Source: Candidatus Berkelbacteria bacterium
GTDB taxonomy: Bacteria; Patescibacteriota; UBA1384; JACPKC01
Assembly: GCA_016187225.1 (NCBI GenBank)
Contig: JACPKC010000010.1
Location: 234,283-298,282, forward strand
Length of the DNA: 64,000 nt
Reading direction: 5' to 3'
The first letter of the stretch is position 1, and each line of letters opens with the position of its first letter. Below, piece by piece: positions 60,316 to 64,000 of this stretch. A model generated the notes under the pieces. That model made no database searches, was not told where the DNA came from, and saw only the letters and a program-made list of their open reading frames with translations. A program made the position numbers and the translations under genes.

Positions 60316-61206
60316 ATGCCTAACTTTGTCTTTTTCGGTAGCCCTAATTTTGCCGCAACAATTCTTGAAACTCTGATGGATCAAACTTGGCGACCAACTT
60401 TAGTTGTAACAGAGCCGCCCAAACCAACTGGACGGGGCAACAACTTGAGATTAACCGCAGTTCACATTTTAGCAGATTCCGCCAAAATTTCAGTTGCAAC
60501 CCCTGCCACCACCCCAGAACTATTATCTGTTCTTGAGGGTCAAAGGTCTGACTTTTTCCTCGTTGCGGCCTACGGAAAAATTCTACCCCAATCAGTTCTT
60601 GACCTGCCTCGGTACGGAGCGATCAATATTCATGCCTCGCTTCTGCCTGCTTACCGTGGCGCGAGTCCTGTCCAAGCGGTAATTTCAAAAGGAGAGACGA
60701 GAACCGGAATCACATTTATGCTTATGGAAGCGGGACTCGATACCGGTCCGATCTTGCAAAGTTTTCCTGTTGCCATTCAACCCAACGACACTACTTCATC
60801 TTTAACTGATCGTCTCGCCCAAATTGCCGCTCAGACAGTTATTCCAACTTTAAGAAATTTTCTTACTCATAAAATCATGCCCCAACCCCAAGAGGAAGCG
60901 CGGGCGAGCACAACGCGAAAACTTACTAAAGAAAATGGCGAAATCCGGCTTACAGCTATTTCGCCGCGACAGCTTGACCGTCGGATACGCGCTTATACAC
61001 CTTGGCCAGGTGTTTACACTTTAGAATTTGGTAAACGCCTCAAGATCCTTGAAGGTCGGTTAGAGAGAGTTTGGTACTGCATTACCGAACTTCAATGGGC
61101 GGGAAAAACAGCGATCGATGGCAAAAGTTTTGCGCTTGCTTATCCGAATATCTTGACGAAATTACCCAAAACCATTAAACTCGGTGCCAGTTTCAAGAAA
61201 CGCTAG
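60316..61206 (+). CDS. fmt: methionyl-tRNA formyltransferase
   Basis: Formyltransferase core (NIHASLLPAYRGASP) plus C-terminal domain. Directly follows def. Confidence 0.9.
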   Translation: MPNFVFFGSPNFAATILETLMDQTWRPTLVVTEPPKPTGRGNNLRLTAVHILADSAKISVATPATTPELLSVLEGQRSDFFLVAAYGKILPQSVLDLPRYGAINIHASLLPAYRGASPVQAVISKGETRTGITFMLMEAGLDTGPILQSFPVAIQPNDTTSSLTDRLAQIAAQTVIPTLRNFLTHKIMPQPQEEARASTTRKLTKENGEIRLTAISPRQLDRRIRAYTPWPGVYTLEFGKRLKILEGRLERVWYCITELQWAGKTAIDGKSFALAYPNILTKLPKTIKLGASFKKR

Positions 61207-61225
61207 CACTAGCAAGGAATTTACG

Positions 61226-61645
61226 ATGTTACGGATCCGCTTACGTCGAACTGGTAAAAAACATCAACCTCACTATCGTCTGGTTATTGCCGAACACACT
61301 GCCCCGATCAAGGGGAAATTCATTGCTGTAGTGGGTCATTACAACCCTCGTTCTAAAGAGCTAGTTCTCAAACAGGACGAAATTTTAAAATGGCTCGACA
61401 CAGGCGCTCAACCTTCAAATACCGTGGCTAAACTCTTAGTGCGTGATGGCATGAAGCACGCACAAATTAAGATTCGCCTCCACCCCGAATCGACAAAAAA
61501 ATCAGCCGAAACTGCTCCAAAAGAAAAAACAGAGATGAGCGCCGAACCCCAACGTCAAAAAAAATTAGATGCAAAGAAAATCGATTCTAAGGAGGAAAAA
61601 GAATCAGCTAAAGCCGAGAAAATCGAACCATCTGAAAGTAAATGA
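61226..61645 (+). CDS. rpsP: 30S ribosomal protein S16 with Lys/Glu-rich C-terminal extension
   Basis: MLRIRLRRTGKKHQPHYRLV. The track ORF starts 14 codons earlier. Confidence 0.85.
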   Translation: MLRIRLRRTGKKHQPHYRLVIAEHTAPIKGKFIAVVGHYNPRSKELVLKQDEILKWLDTGAQPSNTVAKLLVRDGMKHAQIKIRLHPESTKKSAETAPKEKTEMSAEPQRQKKLDAKKIDSKEEKESAKAEKIEPSESK

Positions 61646-62061
61646 AGAAAGGGAAATCTATGGACAAAGATCAAGAATTTGTAGAGATGATTGTAAAAGC
61701 ACTCGTTGACAATCCAGATAAAGTTATTGTCGATCGCAAGGTTGATGAGCTCGGCGTCTTACTTACTTTGAGCGTTGATCCTTCGGATATGGGCAAGATC
61801 ATTGGCAAAGAAGGCCGAACGGCGAAAGCAATTCGGACTCTTTTGCGCGTTCTTGGCGCGCGAAATAACGCTCGGGTTAACCTGAAGATTGCTGAACCAG
61901 GGGGCGGTACATATACGCCTGATGAAATCAATCACGAACTCCCATCAACAACGGCGGCGCCAGTGACTCAAACAAGCTCAAATAGTGATTCTGTTACTCT
62001 AAACGATGACACCTCGCATAGAGACTCAATGCCGAGCGAGAATCCTACTTCAATCTTATAA
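61642..62061 (+). CDS. KH-domain RNA-binding protein (YlqC/UPF0109-like) with Ser/Thr-rich tail
   Basis: GKIIGKEGRTAKAIRTLL KH motif. Position between rpsP and trmD is typical. Confidence 0.75.
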   Translation: MKKGKSMDKDQEFVEMIVKALVDNPDKVIVDRKVDELGVLLTLSVDPSDMGKIIGKEGRTAKAIRTLLRVLGARNNARVNLKIAEPGGGTYTPDEINHELPSTTAAPVTQTSSNSDSVTLNDDTSHRDSMPSENPTSIL

Positions 62062-62064
62062 GCG

Positions 62065-62727
62065 TTGAAATTCACGCTTCTTACCTTGTTCCCGGAAATG
62101 CTGGGGCCGTTTCTTGAAGGCTCGATTCTTGGTCGGGCAGTCAAGACCGGCATAATTGAGGTTGAAGTGCGCAACCTACGCGACTGGGCTCTGGGGAAAC
62201 ATAAAATTGTGGATGATGCCCCTTATGGTGGTGGCGCGGGAATGGTACTTAAGGTTGATGTGATCGATCGCGCGCTCAATGAACTTGCATCCAAAAAGGA
62301 TATTAAAATTTTGCTCACCCCTCAAGGCGAACGCTTCACTCAAAAAATAGCGGGAGAGCTTGCTGATTCTAAAAAACACCTGGTTTTAATTGCCGGCCAC
62401 TATGAAGGGTTTGATGAGCGTGTCCGAAAATTGGTTGATAGAGAAATTTCGATTGGTGATTATATTTTGACTGGTGGCGAGTTGCCTGCCGCAGTAATTG
62501 TCGATACTATTGCTCGCCTCGTTCCAGGTGTTCTTGGTAATCCCCGCTCTCTTGACTCTGAATCTCACAGTTCGCAAAGACATGATTTTCCCACCTATAC
62601 TCGCCCTGATGCCTACACGCCCGCAAGTAGACCAGAACTTGGCATTCTTTCAGTGCCAGATATTCTCAAATCCGGGAATCATGCCTCTATCAATGCCTGG
62701 CGTCTAAAACAAGCACAGCCGCGTTGA
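62065..62727 (+). CDS. trmD: tRNA (guanine37-N1)-methyltransferase
   Basis: MKFTLLTLFPEM N-terminus. SPOUT fold motifs. Confidence 0.9.
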   Translation: MKFTLLTLFPEMLGPFLEGSILGRAVKTGIIEVEVRNLRDWALGKHKIVDDAPYGGGAGMVLKVDVIDRALNELASKKDIKILLTPQGERFTQKIAGELADSKKHLVLIAGHYEGFDERVRKLVDREISIGDYILTGGELPAAVIVDTIARLVPGVLGNPRSLDSESHSSQRHDFPTYTRPDAYTPASRPELGILSVPDILKSGNHASINAWRLKQAQPR

Positions 62728-62778
62728 CACCAGGAGTCATCCCGAGTAAGATTGATCCGTCGAGTTTATAGGAGGCTT

Positions 62779-63093
62779 ATGGATCAAACGCTAATTTTTG
62801 ATATTCTACACAGTGCGCATCATGACCTCGAATGCCCTGTTTGTGGTCGTCAGTTTAGCTTAGAAGAAATCAAAATTCGTGGTTCGATAGATAAAAATTT
62901 CTTAATTCAAGTTTCTTGTCATCGCGGCCATGCACCCAGTTTGATTCTCTACGTGGTTCAGTTGGGTCAAAAAAACAAGGACATCAAACGTATCTCGCCC
63001 GACGACGTCATTGACTTGCATCAGGCCCTTCAAAATTTTCAAGGCGATTTTAAATCGATTTTTCAAAAGCTAGAAACCAAAAAATCATCCTAG
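62779..63093 (+). CDS. hypothetical protein with CxxC…C/H putative zinc ribbon
   Basis: About 104 aa from MDQTLIF, with a GGAGG SD and LECPVCGRQF…CHRGH. It sits where rplS might be expected but is not L19. Confidence 0.35.
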   Translation: MDQTLIFDILHSAHHDLECPVCGRQFSLEEIKIRGSIDKNFLIQVSCHRGHAPSLILYVVQLGQKNKDIKRISPDDVIDLHQALQNFQGDFKSIFQKLETKKSS

Positions 63094-63143
63094 GAAAAAC
63101 CTATGACTAAAAATTTAAAGTTAACTTCTAAAGGAATTATGGA

Positions 63144-63857
63144 ATGAGCTCTAAAAAAGATATTGCCCTGCATGCCTTGGTGCGCGATTTAGCAAAGACT
63201 AAAGCATCTCACTTGAGGAACGAACAAAAGATTCCAGCGATTCTGTATGGCCATGAAGTTGAAAATGTCGCACTCACGTTGGATGCAAAATCATTTCGAA
63301 AAATATATCAAGATGCAGGCAGTAATACTCTAGTCACCCTAACTCGTGATAATGCTGATCCGGTTAAAATTCTGATTCATGATGTCCAATTCGATCCAGC
63401 CAAAGATGAAATTCTGCATGCCGATCTTTATGCCGTTAATCTTAAGGAAACTGTTGATACTGAAATCCCATTGCGATTCGTAGGAACAGCGCCAGCCGTT
63501 CGAGAACTTGAAGGTAATCTAATTACCTCGCTCACTGAATTTGAGGTGCGCGCCCTCCCAACCGACCTTGTGGATGCAATTGAAGTTGATATTGCAGTTT
63601 TGAAAACTTTTGACGACATGATCCATGTAAGTGATATTCAGGTACCAGTTGGGATCGAGATACTCAACGACGCCGACGCTGTAGTTGCGAGCGTTGAAGA
63701 GCCAATGAGCGAAGAAGAGCTCCAGGCGGAACTTGCGCAAGATACAACTGCGGTAGAAGCTGAAGCGGTTGAAAAACTCGATAAAGAGAAAGAAAAAGAA
63801 GTCGAGCAACCTGAAGCCAAGGAAGCCGATACTAAAGAAGAAAAACAGGAAAATTAA
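63144..63857 (+). CDS. rplY: 50S ribosomal protein L25 / general stress protein Ctc form
   Basis: …[20 protein letters not shown]… L25 beta-barrel plus C-terminal domain and an acidic tail. Confidence 0.85.
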   Translation: MSSKKDIALHALVRDLAKTKASHLRNEQKIPAILYGHEVENVALTLDAKSFRKIYQDAGSNTLVTLTRDNADPVKILIHDVQFDPAKDEILHADLYAVNLKETVDTEIPLRFVGTAPAVRELEGNLITSLTEFEVRALPTDLVDAIEVDIAVLKTFDDMIHVSDIQVPVGIEILNDADAVVASVEEPMSEEELQAELAQDTTAVEAEAVEKLDKEKEKEVEQPEAKEADTKEEKQEN

Positions 63858-64000
63858 ACTGTTTTGTCAATACGCTTGATAGTCTCAACAAAGGCTTTGA
63901 GGGGTTGAGTCCCTAAATCTCCCTCGTCACGAGCGCGAACGGCAACTTGACGCGATTCAAGTTCTTTATCGCCTACAATAAGCATATAGGGGACTTTTTC
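63854..64000 (-). CDS. C-terminal end of a class II aminoacyl-tRNA synthetase anticodon-binding domain (ThrRS-like), partial
   Basis: Reverse-strand translation gives …[47 protein letters not shown], a typical ThrRS/ProRS/HisRS C-terminus. Its stop overlaps the rplY stop. Confidence 0.45.
   Translation of the reverse strand, partial: EKVPYMLIVGDKELESRQVAVRARDEGDLGTQPLKAFVETIKRIDKTV

Overview
This 64-kb window looks like a small-genome bacterium with Patescibacteria/CPR-like hallmarks. There is no L30 gene between rpsE and rplO, the ribosomal operons are very compact, DUF4012 and bactofilin are present, and PriA and a lipid-kinase-like protein are degenerate. From 1 to about 53 kb nearly everything is on the minus strand: adk (partial), a TolB-like propeller protein, secY, the spc/S10 ribosomal block from L15 down to L3, then rpsJ, tuf, fusA, rpsG, rpsL, rpoC, rpoB, obg, an M23/LysM peptidase, cdaR-cdaA, infB, gyrA, gyrB, an exopolysaccharide-type cluster (DUF4012, Wzz-like, GT4, polyprenyl-P sugar transferase), RNase P RNA, tRNA-Gln and uvrA. 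The 3' quarter is plus-strand housekeeping: bactofilin, infC-rpmI-rplT, lepB, a priA-like gene, GT4, def-fmt, rpsP, a KH protein, trmD and L25/Ctc, with lspA and tRNA-Val between. The standout is about 10.9 kb inserted between rplC and rpsJ (about 10.97-21.9 kb). Within it lies an AT-rich segment bounded by repeats (about 14.7-20.05 kb). It carries a three-gene cassette (Prs-like pyrophosphokinase, type II NAPRT/NAMPT-family phosphoribosyltransferase, LOG/SLOG-like protein) bracketed by about 60-bp inverted terminator hairpins. Next to it is a large serine recombinase bracketed by about 125-bp inverted repeats, one arm of which abuts the 3' CCA end of tRNA-Ala(GGC). Three copies of a CCACCATTTC-core site sit in alternating orientation with an att-like hybrid arm structure. 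Coordinates for CDSs follow the supplied ORF track. Coordinates I derived by hand for RNAs, repeats and promoters may be off by 1-2 nt. I found no rRNA and no CRISPR.
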